From positions 216 through 64,215 of the forward strand of contig CAIJZI010000009.1 in assembly GCA_903825105.1 (NCBI GenBank): 64,000 nucleotides of DNA, given 5' to 3'. Shown here piece by piece: positions 1-9,699 of the stretch. The position numbers were made by a program, and so were the translations under genes. The stretch comes from an uncultured bacterium (GTDB lineage: Bacteria > Patescibacteriota > Minisyncoccia > Phycocordibacterales > Phycocordibacteraceae). Position 1 is the first letter of the stretch, and every line of letters begins with the position of its first letter. Under the pieces are notes generated by a model. The model did not search any database. It was not told the origin of the DNA and saw only the letters and a list, made by a program, of their open reading frames with translations.

Positions 1-246
1 ATTGACTGGCTCCTAGGCGGGAGTATTCTTGACACTCTTTTATATACGCGCGAGAGAAAAAATATGGATAAGCATTTTTCTGCACACGAATTAACCAACG
101 CCCTTTCTAAAAAAATCACACATCCCTTCTCTCGCAGTCAGCTCGATCACATTCTCGTTCCCTGTTCTTTTTCTATAAAAAACACTGGCGTTATTTCTGA
201 CCGACACGGCTCTGACCACTGCCCGGTGTGGATAGAAATCGGATAA
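1..246 (+). CDS. EEP-family (exonuclease/endonuclease/phosphatase) protein, C-terminal part (5' truncated)
   Basis: Frame open from base 1; LDHIL and GSDHCPV motifs typical of the EEP C-terminus. Confidence 0.75.
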   Translation: MDWLLGGSILDTLLYTRERKNMDKHFSAHELTNALSKKITHPFSRSQLDHILVPCSFSIKNTGVISDRHGSDHCPVWIEIG

Positions 247-300
247 CTGAACTTGACTATATATAGGTATCCGCGTTATGAGTGAATGGATAACCTGCAA

Positions 301-2715
301 ATGAAAAAACTTTTAATCGTCGAGTCGCCAACTAAGGCGCGCACTATAGGGAACTACTTAGGTAAGGACTACACCGTTCTCGCTTCGGTTGGTCATGTGC
401 GCGATCTGCCAAAGTCGAATAAAGATGCGGTGGATATCGAAGGCGGATTTATCCCGCGCTATGTTGTTTCTCCCGACAAGCATGAAGTGATAGAAAAAAT
501 AAAAAACGCAGTGGCGAAGGCTGATGAAGTGTATCTCGCGACCGACCCCGACCGCGAGGGCGAAGCGATCGCTTGGCATATTAAAGAGGTCGCACATTTA
601 AAGAATCCAAAGCGTGTCGCCTTTCACGAGATTACCAAGGATGCGATTGAAGAGGCGCTCGCTCACCCGAGACCAATCGACGAACATCTGCGCGCCGCGC
701 AGGAGGCGCGGCGCGTCTTGGATCGCATTGTCGGCTATGATCTCTCCGGGCTCATCTGGAAAAAGGTTCGCTACGGACTCTCAGCTGGGCGCGTACAGTC
801 GCCAGCGCTCCGCATCCTCGCCGAGCGCGAACGCGAGATAAAGGCTTTTATTCCTGAAATATATTTCGTACTCTCCGCACTCTTTAAATCTAAAGGTGGC
901 GAGATCTCTACCACCTGTTCAGAAAAGCCAAAGACAAAAGAAGAAGCCGATCGCATCGTGCGCGAAGGCCGTGGAGCAGTGTGGAGCGTCGCGAATGTGA
1001 CAGAAAAAGCAGAGGATCGTAATCCACGCCCTCCGTTTACCACCTCGACTCTCCAACAAGCGGCTTCGACTCGGCTCGGCTTCGCGCCCTCGCGCGCGAT
1101 GCGCGCTGCACAGAAGCTCTATGAAGCCGGGCACATTACCTATATGCGTACTGATTCGGTTAATCTCTCAAAAGAGGCTGTGGCGAAGATCGCGAGCGCA
1201 GTAGAAAAAGAGTTTGGAAAAGAATATCTCCAGGTACGCGCGTATAAAACAACAAGTAAGAATGCACAGGAGGCGCACGAAGCGATTCGTATCACCGATC
1301 CAAACAAGACCAGCGCGGGCGCAACACCCGATGAAGAAAGTCTGTATGAATTAATTCGTACTCGCACACTCGCTTCACAAATGGCAGCGGCGAAGATTAT
1401 GCGCACAGCGATCTCTGTAGAAGCAGACCCGCCTTCGCATGGCTCCGGCGAGGCAAGGGCAAATATTCCATTATTTACTGCGAATGGCTCGCGCACCCTA
1501 TTCCCCGGATGGCTCGCCCTCGATACAAAAGCTGCGGGCGAAGATGTTGAATTGCCAAAAGTTTTAATCGGCGAGAAACTCTCGCTCATCTCTCTTGGTG
1601 CAGAAGAGAAGCAGACGGAGCCGCCGAATCGCTATACTGAAGCGGGGCTTATTAAAGAATTGGAAAAGAGAGGCATCGGCAGACCATCGACCTATGCATC
1701 GATAATGAAGACGATTCAAGATCGTGGTTATGTTGAAAAACTCGCGCGTGCTTTGAAACCAACAGCGACCGGTATGGTCGTCTCGGGCTGGCTCGAAGAG
1801 CACTTCCCGAAGTATGTGAGCGACACATTCACCGCAGAGATGGAGAACGAGCTCGACGAGATCGCGCTCGGTGAACGCGGCTATACTGAAACACTTTCTG
1901 CATTTTATAAACCATTTGAAAAAGAAATACGCGCGAAAGATTCATTACCAAAAGCGACTTCGCTTGGTGCCGTGCCAAAAGAATTCACCTGTCCTCTGTG
2001 TGGCGGAGAAATGGAGTTTAAGCTCGGACGCGGCGGGATCTTTATGAGTTGTAAAAAATATCCTGACTGTACCGGCGCACGAACCGAAGAAGGCGCGGAA
2101 TTAAAAAATGATGAGCCGATTGGTATTCACCCAGAAACGGGCGCGCCGATTTTTATAAAAACGGGACGATTCGGGCCATATGTGGAGATGCCGACGAGCG
2201 AAGGCGAGGAGGTGCCGAGGTCAGCAGACCGAGGCGCTGAAGAAAAACCAAAGAAAAAAGCTACTCGAGGCAGACCAAAAGTCGCGGCTAAGAGAGCGAG
2301 CATTCCTGTTGGCACTGACCTTTCACAAGTGACGCTCGCTGACGCGGTGAAGTATCTCTCGCTCCCGCGCGAGTTGGGTATGCACCCATCAACCGGTAAA
2401 GCAGTGTTCGCTTCAACCGGTCGCTTCGGGCCATATGTCGGCAGCGATGGCGAATTCAGATCAATAAAGAAAAGTGATCCGTATAAAATTACACTCGATG
2501 AAGCGCTTGCCCTTCTCGCCGAGCCGAAGAAGCAATCGAGAGGCGTTGAGCTGGTAAAAGAAATCGGCGCTCACCCGCGCACCGGTAAAATGCTCTCGCT
2601 CTATAAATCGAAGCAAGGAATGTTTTTGAAAAAAGGATTGCGCCGCATTTATCTCCCCTCCTCCGTCTCTGCCGACACCATTTCTCCCGTCGAAGCCGCT
2701 GAGTATTTGAAGTGA
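301..2715 (+). CDS. topA: DNA topoisomerase I
   Basis: LLIVESPTKA, ATDPDREGEAI, SAGRVQS, ITYMRTDS; Zn ribbon and C-terminal repeats. Confidence 0.97.
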   Translation: MKKLLIVESPTKARTIGNYLGKDYTVLASVGHVRDLPKSNKDAVDIEGGFIPRYVVSPDKHEVIEKIKNAVAKADEVYLATDPDREGEAIAWHIKEVAHLKNPKRVAFHEITKDAIEEALAHPRPIDEHLRAAQEARRVLDRIVGYDLSGLIWKKVRYGLSAGRVQSPALRILAEREREIKAFIPEIYFVLSALFKSKGGEISTTCSEKPKTKEEADRIVREGRGAVWSVANVTEKAEDRNPRPPFTTSTLQQAASTRLGFAPSRAMRAAQKLYEAGHITYMRTDSVNLSKEAVAKIASAVEKEFGKEYLQVRAYKTTSKNAQEAHEAIRITDPNKTSAGATPDEESLYELIRTRTLASQMAAAKIMRTAISVEADPPSHGSGEARANIPLFTANGSRTLFPGWLALDTKAAGEDVELPKVLIGEKLSLISLGAEEKQTEPPNRYTEAGLIKELEKRGIGRPSTYASIMKTIQDRGYVEKLARALKPTATGMVVSGWLEEHFPKYVSDTFTAEMENELDEIALGERGYTETLSAFYKPFEKEIRAKDSLPKATSLGAVPKEFTCPLCGGEMEFKLGRGGIFMSCKKYPDCTGARTEEGAELKNDEPIGIHPETGAPIFIKTGRFGPYVEMPTSEGEEVPRSADRGAEEKPKKKATRGRPKVAAKRASIPVGTDLSQVTLADAVKYLSLPRELGMHPSTGKAVFASTGRFGPYVGSDGEFRSIKKSDPYKITLDEALALLAEPKKQSRGVELVKEIGAHPRTGKMLSLYKSKQGMFLKKGLRRIYLPSSVSADTISPVEAAEYLK

Positions 2716-2747
2716 ACAATTCCCGACTAGTGGTATAGTATGCTCCT

Positions 2748-4364
2748 ATGGCAACGGCAATCGTGACCACCAAGGAGATTATCGCCTCGATGGATCGTTC
2801 GTCCACTGAAGACGCGGCTTTTGTCGAGAAGGCATACGAATTCTCGAAGAAAGCGCACGAGGGCACGCTTCGCTATTCTGGCGATCCTTATTTCATTCAC
2901 CCAGCCGCGACGGCGAAGACACTCGCAGAATACGGCATGGACGCCGTCACAATAGCGGCAGGGCTCTTACACGACACCGTCGAAGATGGCTGCACCACGC
3001 GCGAAGAAGTTGAAAAAGAATTTGGCACTGAAACCCTTTTCCTCGTCGATGGAGTGACGAAGCTTGGTGAACACAAATATCGTGGCGCCGAACGACATGC
3101 AGAATCACTCCGCCGACTTCTTGTTGCGACTGCGAGCGACATTCGTGCACTGGTTGTGAAGCTCGCGGACAGAAAGCATAATCTCCAAACACTCGGGCAT
3201 GTGCCTGAAGAAAAGCGTCGCCGTATTGCACTCGAGACGCTCGAGATCTACGCGCCGATCGCCGATCGCCTTGGTATGGGGAAAATGAAAAGTCAGCTCG
3301 AGGATCTCGCCTTCCCCTTTGTTGATCCAGACTCTGCTGTACACACACAGGAGATGCGGAAGTTAAAGACACAAGAGTCTGAGGCGGGGCTCGCACAAGT
3401 TCAGAAAAAATTGGGGAAAGAGCTCGCGAGCAAAGGGTTAAAAAAATTCAAAACCGATATCAGAATGAAAGGCTTGTGGAGCCTGCACCAGAAATTAAAA
3501 AGAAAGCATGATGACATAAATCTCATTCACGATATCGCTGCGCTCCGTATTGTCGTTTCGACGGTTGAAGACTGCTACACCACGCTTGGCATCGTGCATT
3601 CGCTCTATAAGCCACTGCCGGGAGAGTTTAAAGACTATATCGCCTTCCCGAAGCCAAACGGTTATCAGTCGCTCCACACAACCGTTGTGACGCCAGAGGC
3701 TGGCATCGTAGAGATACAGATTCGCACCGAAGAGATGCATCTGCACGCACAGTTCGGTATCGCGTCGCATATGTCCTATAAACAACTGGGGAAAGATGTG
3801 AATAAATTGAGCTCCGATGCACAAAAAAGTAAATTCTCTTCGCTCTCCTTTTCATGGATTCGCTCTCTCGTGCCGTCGCTTATGAGAATGTCTAAAAAAG
3901 AAAATCACGATGAAAAAGCGCCCGCCAAAATACCGCCCTGGCTCGCTGAGCTCGCAGACGCGCACGCGGCGGTTACCGGTTCAAAAGAATTCGTCGATGG
4001 ATTAAAAGAGGATTTCTTTTCACACCGCGTTTTCGTCTTCACGCCCAATGGTGATGCGGTCGACCTCCCAACAGCATCAACGCCGATTGATTTTGCCTAT
4101 GCGATACACAGTGACCTCGGCAACCACCTCCAAGGCGTTAAAGTAAATGGGAAGCTCGTTTCTTTTGACACACCCCTTGATAACGGCGATGTGGTTGAAA
4201 TAATTCGTCGCGAGAATGCGCGCCCGTCACAAAAGTGGCTCGATATAGCGAAAACCTCGCTCGCTCGTCGGCACATCCGGGCGACCCTTGGTATGACCGA
4301 ACAGTCAAAAAAGCCTATTAAAATAGCGCGAAAAAGAAAAACGAAAAAGAAAGAAGAAAATTAA
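2748..4364 (+). CDS. relA: RelA/SpoT (p)ppGpp synthetase/hydrolase (HD, SYN and TGS domains; no ACT)
   Basis: LLHDTVED, KPNGYQSLHT, EIQIRT, TGS PIDFAYAIH. Confidence 0.92.
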   Translation: MATAIVTTKEIIASMDRSSTEDAAFVEKAYEFSKKAHEGTLRYSGDPYFIHPAATAKTLAEYGMDAVTIAAGLLHDTVEDGCTTREEVEKEFGTETLFLVDGVTKLGEHKYRGAERHAESLRRLLVATASDIRALVVKLADRKHNLQTLGHVPEEKRRRIALETLEIYAPIADRLGMGKMKSQLEDLAFPFVDPDSAVHTQEMRKLKTQESEAGLAQVQKKLGKELASKGLKKFKTDIRMKGLWSLHQKLKRKHDDINLIHDIAALRIVVSTVEDCYTTLGIVHSLYKPLPGEFKDYIAFPKPNGYQSLHTTVVTPEAGIVEIQIRTEEMHLHAQFGIASHMSYKQLGKDVNKLSSDAQKSKFSSLSFSWIRSLVPSLMRMSKKENHDEKAPAKIPPWLAELADAHAAVTGSKEFVDGLKEDFFSHRVFVFTPNGDAVDLPTASTPIDFAYAIHSDLGNHLQGVKVNGKLVSFDTPLDNGDVVEIIRRENARPSQKWLDIAKTSLARRHIRATLGMTEQSKKPIKIARKRKTKKKEEN

Positions 4365-5356
4365 ACCGTAAAGTTAGTCACTGAATACATCTCGTCATCA
4401 AAAGGCTCGTCGGGAGCCGCGGGAATAATGGGATCAATTTCAGCTTCTGCCCCCTGTGTGTCAGAAGCTTCTTCTGGGGTGTGCTGTTCTTGTGCTGAAG
4501 CATTTTGTGCATTCGCTGTGCGAGCCGCGAGTGCATCGGCGAGCACGGACAGATCTTCTGGCGAGAAGAAGTCGATAAGGAGACGGCCGCCTTCGGCATT
4601 CGTCTCGATAATCACGCGTGTACCAAGTGTCTCGGTAAGCGACTTTTCAATCTCAACCATCTCCGGTGTCTTTCGGTGATACGAGCGCACGCGCTCCTGC
4701 GAGATCGAGCGTGCGATGCGCTCGACGGCGCGCACCGGCAATTTTTTCAAAACAATTTCTTTAAAAAGAGTTTCTAATTCTTCTGGCTTATCATTGAGCG
4801 CGAGCAGAGCGCGCGCGTGACCCTCGCTGATCTCTTTATTCACGACCGCATTCTGCATATGTTCAGGGAGAGAAAGTAGGCGCAATGAATTCGAAACATA
4901 CTCTCGGCTCTTCCCTATTTTTGCCGCGCATTCGGCGTGTGAGATACCAAATTCCTCAATCAGTTTTTTCAGTGCTTTGGCGCGATCGATCGCGTTTAAA
5001 TCTTCGCGCTGGAGATTCTCGATAATCGCGAGCTCAAGCTTCGTGAGGTTACTATCGCCGTGGCGAATCACCACGGGCACCTGCTTCAGCCCCGCGAGCT
5101 TCGACGCGCGAAGACGGCGCTCTCCGGCGATAAGCTCATACAGGCTCTCGAGACCTCCTTCTGGCTTTTCAACATCGGTACGACTCACCACGAGTGGTTG
5201 GAGCACGCCATATTGCCGGATGCTCTCGGCGAGCGAGGTGAGGCCCTCTTCGCTAAATTCGCGCCGCGGCTGATACGGGTTCGGCTGGATCCGCTCTACA
5301 TCAATCCAAAAAACGGAATCATATTTGGTCGGGACATACTTTGCATCTTCGTTCAT
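4361..5356 (-). CDS. parB: ParB/Spo0J partition protein
   Basis: NPYQPR, AGERRLRA, IENLQREDL; likely start ATG 5356 (the track ORF extends into a tRNA). Confidence 0.93.
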   Translation of the reverse strand: MNEDAKYVPTKYDSVFWIDVERIQPNPYQPRREFSEEGLTSLAESIRQYGVLQPLVVSRTDVEKPEGGLESLYELIAGERRLRASKLAGLKQVPVVIRHGDSNLTKLELAIIENLQREDLNAIDRAKALKKLIEEFGISHAECAAKIGKSREYVSNSLRLLSLPEHMQNAVVNKEISEGHARALLALNDKPEELETLFKEIVLKKLPVRAVERIARSISQERVRSYHRKTPEMVEIEKSLTETLGTRVIIETNAEGGRLLIDFFSPEDLSVLADALAARTANAQNASAQEQHTPEEASDTQGAEAEIDPIIPAAPDEPFDDEMYSVTNFTV

Positions 5357-5426
5357 GTAAAATATTTTAACATATGTTACTCTGCAATAGGCGACGCACG
5401 CTTTCGCTGAGGCTTCAGCGGGCAAG

Positions 5427-5508
5427 GCCGGGATGGCGGAATTGGTAGACGCGATGGATTCAAAACCCATTGTCGCAAGGCATGAGAGTTCGAGTCTCTC
5501 TCCCGGCA
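5427..5508 (+). tRNA. tRNA-Leu(CAA)
   Basis: Cloverleaf GCCGGGA/TCCCGGC, long variable arm, GTTCGAG T-loop. Confidence 0.93.
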
Positions 5509-5515
5509 CAAAAAA

Positions 5516-6289
5516 TTATTCGATACTGACAAGCTTTTCTTTACCGAGCCCGTGCATTTTGGGAATGTTTATTCCTAACTCTGATTGCCAGAAGTTCTCG
5601 CTCGAGAGCAGTTCTATAATCCACGGCAGATGCCCATCTTGTGAAAAGAGCGCCCCGCCTTTTACCAAAGCGGGATAGAGATATACCAAACAAGTTTTTG
5701 TCGACGAGGCGAGGTCCACATCAATATACCCGACAATCACTGGCGTTTTGAATCCTGGCATCGTCTGATCAAAAAATCCTTTGATAAATTCGCAGTTTTT
5801 TATGCAACCATATTTCTCTACATTTTTCTTAACCTCTTCTAAAGAGCCACAATAACTCCCTTCGGGGAAATACGCGTCGCCTCCGAAGATATTCTTCCCA
5901 TGCGCCTCTTGATGATCGGGTATCCCTTCAAAAGAATCAAAGACGAGAAATTTTCTCCCCGCGATTTCAGCAGCCAAGCTTATTTTAGAAGTGCTCCCGC
6001 CCTTAAAAGAACCCGCTTCTACGATGACGCCATTCTTTTCATGCGGAATGGAAAAAATCTTATGCACGACCTCGAGCATTTCGCCTTCTCGATGCGGACA
6101 ATTTATGAAATATGATATTTTATAAAACCGTAAGATTAAAAATAATTTTTGGCGCAGGCTTATTCGCGTCTCTGGCTTTAATGCGATGAAGGTGATAATT
6201 CTCGGGAAATCATACGGGAGTGCGTTCAGCTTCCGATACAGATACAGCGCCGGCCACGGCATTTTCTTTCTTAAAAAATCTTTCATCAT
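5516..6289 (-). CDS. TylF/MycF/NovP-family O-methyltransferase
   Basis: VEAGSFKGGS, FDSFEG, IKGFF, IDVDL motifs. Confidence 0.85.
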   Translation of the reverse strand: MMKDFLRKKMPWPALYLYRKLNALPYDFPRIITFIALKPETRISLRQKLFLILRFYKISYFINCPHREGEMLEVVHKIFSIPHEKNGVIVEAGSFKGGSTSKISLAAEIAGRKFLVFDSFEGIPDHQEAHGKNIFGGDAYFPEGSYCGSLEEVKKNVEKYGCIKNCEFIKGFFDQTMPGFKTPVIVGYIDVDLASSTKTCLVYLYPALVKGGALFSQDGHLPWIIELLSSENFWQSELGINIPKMHGLGKEKLVSIE

Positions 6290-6957
6290 TTTCGACGGAC
6301 AAGGATAAAAGGCGTCATCTCGTCGTCTTGACCCATCGGATTGTCGAGAAGCACGAGCCGAGCCGTCTTTTTATCAACGGGAGTGCCTTTACTCATCGCT
6401 ATTATTTTTATATTGATATTATTCCCGTCGATAATCACCGCGGGGACACCGAAAGTTTCTTCTATTTTAGAACAGACGACCTCCGGATCTTTGGGGGGCA
6501 AGATGGCGTATTCGGTATACGGGTACATCGCGTCGGGATTAAATCCGTCAATTTCTGAAACGCGATTCCCTGCCACGCGCCAGAAGATGCCTCTGATACC
6601 AATCAATTTTCCCAAAGTGCCCAAGAGTATAGCCGCCACGATTCTCGGAGTACCTGCCATATCGACAGCGACTTGCATCTTTTCTGCGAGTGAAAAGCCG
6701 ATATCGTCGGGATATTTTTTAACAAATTTAACAATGAGTTTCGCCAAAAAGCCCGCTTTAACCGTCGATATGTGGCGCGCATTATTTTGACAAACGGAAA
6801 CCACTTTTTCAGAAATCGCCAGCCAATCACCTTTTTGTATCTGCGGCGCGACCGAGTCGCGTATCGCTTCTAATAAATCATCATTAAAATGGAGCAAACT
6901 GGTCTTAACCGCTTGTCGTTCATAGGTAATGCCGTCGACTTCTTTAAAAGGATTCAT
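6286..6957 (-). CDS. Coenzyme F420:L-glutamate ligase-like (CofE domain) protein
   Basis: AISEKVVS, IDG, LPPKDP, DNPMGQ..TP motifs. Confidence 0.7.
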   Translation of the reverse strand: MNPFKEVDGITYERQAVKTSLLHFNDDLLEAIRDSVAPQIQKGDWLAISEKVVSVCQNNARHISTVKAGFLAKLIVKFVKKYPDDIGFSLAEKMQVAVDMAGTPRIVAAILLGTLGKLIGIRGIFWRVAGNRVSEIDGFNPDAMYPYTEYAILPPKDPEVVCSKIEETFGVPAVIIDGNNINIKIIAMSKGTPVDKKTARLVLLDNPMGQDDEMTPFILVRRK

Positions 6958-6995
6958 ATATGAAGCAAATTATTCATCTATGATACCATCGCCTT

Positions 6996-7925
6996 ATGGC
7001 AACACAAATTCTCTGTATAGCCGGTCCCACTGCCTCGGGCAAGTCAGCTCGGGCGGTCGAAGAAGCGCTCATCCGAAGTGGTGAGATTATTTCTGTTGAC
7101 TCGCGACAGGTGTACCGCGGACTCGATATTGGGACAGAAAAAATAACAGCCGAAGAAATGCGTGGGGTGCCGCATCACCTTATCAATATCCGTGAGGTGG
7201 ATGAAAATTATTCTGCTGGCGATTTTGTTAAAGATGCTTCGCGACTGATTGAAGAAATTTATAGTCGCGGTAAATTGCCGATTCTGGTCGGCGGGACACA
7301 TTTTTATTTTGACGCACTCCTTAACGGTTTACCTGACGGCGTCGACGCAAATCCAGAACTCCGCGAAAAATTAGAAAAGGTAACGACAGAAGAATTGTAT
7401 GCGCAGGTCGTCGAACGCGATCCGCGCCGAGCAGAAGAATTGGATCCAAATAATCGCCGTCGACTTATCCGCGCGCTCGAGATTATCGAATCTTTTGGAC
7501 ATGTCCCACCACGTAGCTTACCTACGCCACCGTTTGATCCAAGGTTCAACCTTGGTAAATATAAGCGCTCTTTTAATCCAAGGTTCGACCTTGGAAAATA
7601 TGAGGTGGAATGGACCGTGATTGATCCGCCGAAAGAAGAATTAAGAAAAAGAATTGATGCGCGCCTCGCGGGCGCACTCGATCGCGGACTTATTGAAGAA
7701 GTAAAAAATGTGCGAGAAAAATTTGGCGACGCGCGACTAAACGAGCTCGGTCTCGAATATAAAATCGTCGGCGAATATCTATCCTGCTCCGCCAAGGCTA
7801 CGCAGGACGCAGAAAGTTTTCGGAATGAACTCCTCCGAAAACTTTCTGCGAAGCTCTGGCACTACGCCCGCCGTCAAAAGGCGTGGCTACGCAAATTATC
7901 ACTGAACGCCACGACACCTAAGTAA
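6996..7925 (+). CDS. miaA: tRNA dimethylallyltransferase
   Basis: GPTASGKS, DSRQVY, PHHL, VGGT, RRLIRALE, YARRQ. Confidence 0.95.
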   Translation: MATQILCIAGPTASGKSARAVEEALIRSGEIISVDSRQVYRGLDIGTEKITAEEMRGVPHHLINIREVDENYSAGDFVKDASRLIEEIYSRGKLPILVGGTHFYFDALLNGLPDGVDANPELREKLEKVTTEELYAQVVERDPRRAEELDPNNRRRLIRALEIIESFGHVPPRSLPTPPFDPRFNLGKYKRSFNPRFDLGKYEVEWTVIDPPKEELRKRIDARLAGALDRGLIEEVKNVREKFGDARLNELGLEYKIVGEYLSCSAKATQDAESFRNELLRKLSAKLWHYARRQKAWLRKLSLNATTPK

Positions 7926-7928
7926 AAA

Positions 7929-8966
7929 TTAATTTCCGTATTTACCTTGGCAGATTGGCAGATAACGGTCTGTAGCATAAGCAGAAGAAAAACTTTGATG
8001 GCTTAATACACACACCGCGGCGGCGGCACTACAATGCACATCACCTGCAGCTTTTACGCATTTATTGAGAATTGTTGCATCACCACCAGCAGTAAATCCA
8101 CTTCCGTTTGGATTGAATCCTTTTTTACAATTCAGTGCAACACCTGGCGTTCCAACTGCTTCTTCGCATACAGGGATGTTATAGCAGTCGCTGTTACTCT
8201 GTAATAAAACCTGGTAGGCTCCTGCTGCGGTCGAAGCTTTTCCTGCATACTTACCACCAAGATCTTTATTCCAGAACTCATTTTCATTGTAATTGTCCTT
8301 ATTCGTTTTCCCGCAATCGCTCTCTCCTTTTGCTATACAGGCGAGCAAATTCGCAGTTTTTATCGAGACACCGGGCACAGCGTCGACAATAGTTTGAGGA
8401 TTACAAGCGTTGCCAGAAACATTGTTCACAGAAAAATCGAGCGTCTGCCCTGTCGCTGTAATACCCGTGATATCCGCCTCATTTAATTTATCTGTCGGTA
8501 AAGATCCTGCCTGCTTAAGACATAATTTGCCTTCGCCTTTTATAAGTGACGACCATGCGTCCCACCCTGGTACATCTGGGTGATATAAGGTCACCATCAC
8601 CGCATCGACAATAAGCCACGCTGAAACCGCGACGACGAGACCGATAACCGTATCCAAAATCGCTTTACCCTCTTTTGTTCTCACCGCTGGCGCGTCGGGA
8701 TGTGTGACGATATTAAAACCCGCGAAAGCGATGCGTATTGGCACGAGTAAAACAATGCCGAGAGTGAGGAGGAGTTGTATGACATTATTAACAACAGTAA
8801 TCAACATCGCCCAATTACCTGGACACAAATCAGAATCTGCAATACCCGAAGCACTCTCTGGAGGAATAATAGGCCCCCAGAACGGGATAGCAGCGTGTGC
8901 AGCTGCCGGCAATATGAGCGCGGTGGATATTAATAGAAAAAATAAAAGAAATGTGCGAGAACGCAT
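7929..8966 (-). CDS. Pilin-like membrane protein with a Cys-rich lysozyme-like C-terminal domain
   Basis: Signal peptide, two TM helices as in CPR pilins, then IAKGES and AAGAYQ motifs. Confidence 0.6.
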   Translation of the reverse strand: MRSRTFLLFFLLISTALILPAAAHAAIPFWGPIIPPESASGIADSDLCPGNWAMLITVVNNVIQLLLTLGIVLLVPIRIAFAGFNIVTHPDAPAVRTKEGKAILDTVIGLVVAVSAWLIVDAVMVTLYHPDVPGWDAWSSLIKGEGKLCLKQAGSLPTDKLNEADITGITATGQTLDFSVNNVSGNACNPQTIVDAVPGVSIKTANLLACIAKGESDCGKTNKDNYNENEFWNKDLGGKYAGKASTAAGAYQVLLQSNSDCYNIPVCEEAVGTPGVALNCKKGFNPNGSGFTAGGDATILNKCVKAAGDVHCSAAAAVCVLSHQSFSSAYATDRYLPICQGKYGN

Positions 8967-9041
8967 ATTTGTAGTATACCGCCTGAGGCTACATAGGCGA
9001 CGCCTTTTCCACTCTTTTTTATCGTGTTATCGTTACGCGAA

Positions 9042-9116
9042 GGGTCTATAGTTTCAATGGTAAAATGTCGGTCTCCAAAACCGAAGTTGCTGGTTCGAAT
9101 CCAGCTGGACCCGCCA
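9042..9116 (+). tRNA. tRNA-Trp(CCA)
   Basis: Cloverleaf, anticodon arm TCGGT-CTCCAAA-ACCGA, encoded CCA. Confidence 0.95.
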
Positions 9117-9134
9117 AACGAAATAACCGCAGAA

Positions 9135-9683
9135 TTACTGAAACACGCAGAGGCTCGTGACGATCGGCTGCATAATCGCATAAATCCACCCGACGCAGAT
9201 GCCAGCGATAAGAAGATAGGCAGTACTGATAAAAATCTTTTGCACCACTCCCTTTCCTTTCCCAATTGCGACTAAACGCTCTTTCAGTGATTCGTAGAGA
9301 GCGCCAAAAAAGGTGAAAGCGATATAACAGAAGCTCACGAAGAGAAGACTGCGGAGCGCGCTGTCGCTCGAGAATGTCCGCCCTACAGAACTACAATATG
9401 ATTGTGAGAGAAATACGATAAGAGAAAGTTCTGCACTCACGAGGAAAAAAGCTTTAATAACAGTGAAGCCAACGCGAACCATTAAGATAACGAGCAGTGC
9501 GCCAACGGCGAGTAAAACGAGCGGCCACATCCCGTTGACGAACCACGCACGCAAATAACTCGAAGTAGCAATGATAATAGCACCAACAATAATCACCAGA
9601 CTGATCGGCACCACGCGCTCGATCTGATGGAGCGTCTCTCCGCCAAGTGAAATCGAATGATCTTTTTTCTGTTCTTCGTTCAT
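9135..9683 (-). CDS. Hypothetical multi-pass membrane protein
   Basis: About five hydrophobic segments; ATG 9683. Confidence 0.65.
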   Translation of the reverse strand: MNEEQKKDHSISLGGETLHQIERVVPISLVIIVGAIIIATSSYLRAWFVNGMWPLVLLAVGALLVILMVRVGFTVIKAFFLVSAELSLIVFLSQSYCSSVGRTFSSDSALRSLLFVSFCYIAFTFFGALYESLKERLVAIGKGKGVVQKIFISTAYLLIAGICVGWIYAIMQPIVTSLCVFQ

Positions 9684-9699
9684 TATTTTATTATCTCGC

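Noticed and set aside
4361-5356. parABS locus
   Set aside because: No adjacent parA and no canonical parS noticed by eye
5357-5509. N-terminal extensions of track ORFs (parB; likewise ilvE and 44087-44263)
   Set aside because: They run through tRNA genes; downstream ATGs fit better
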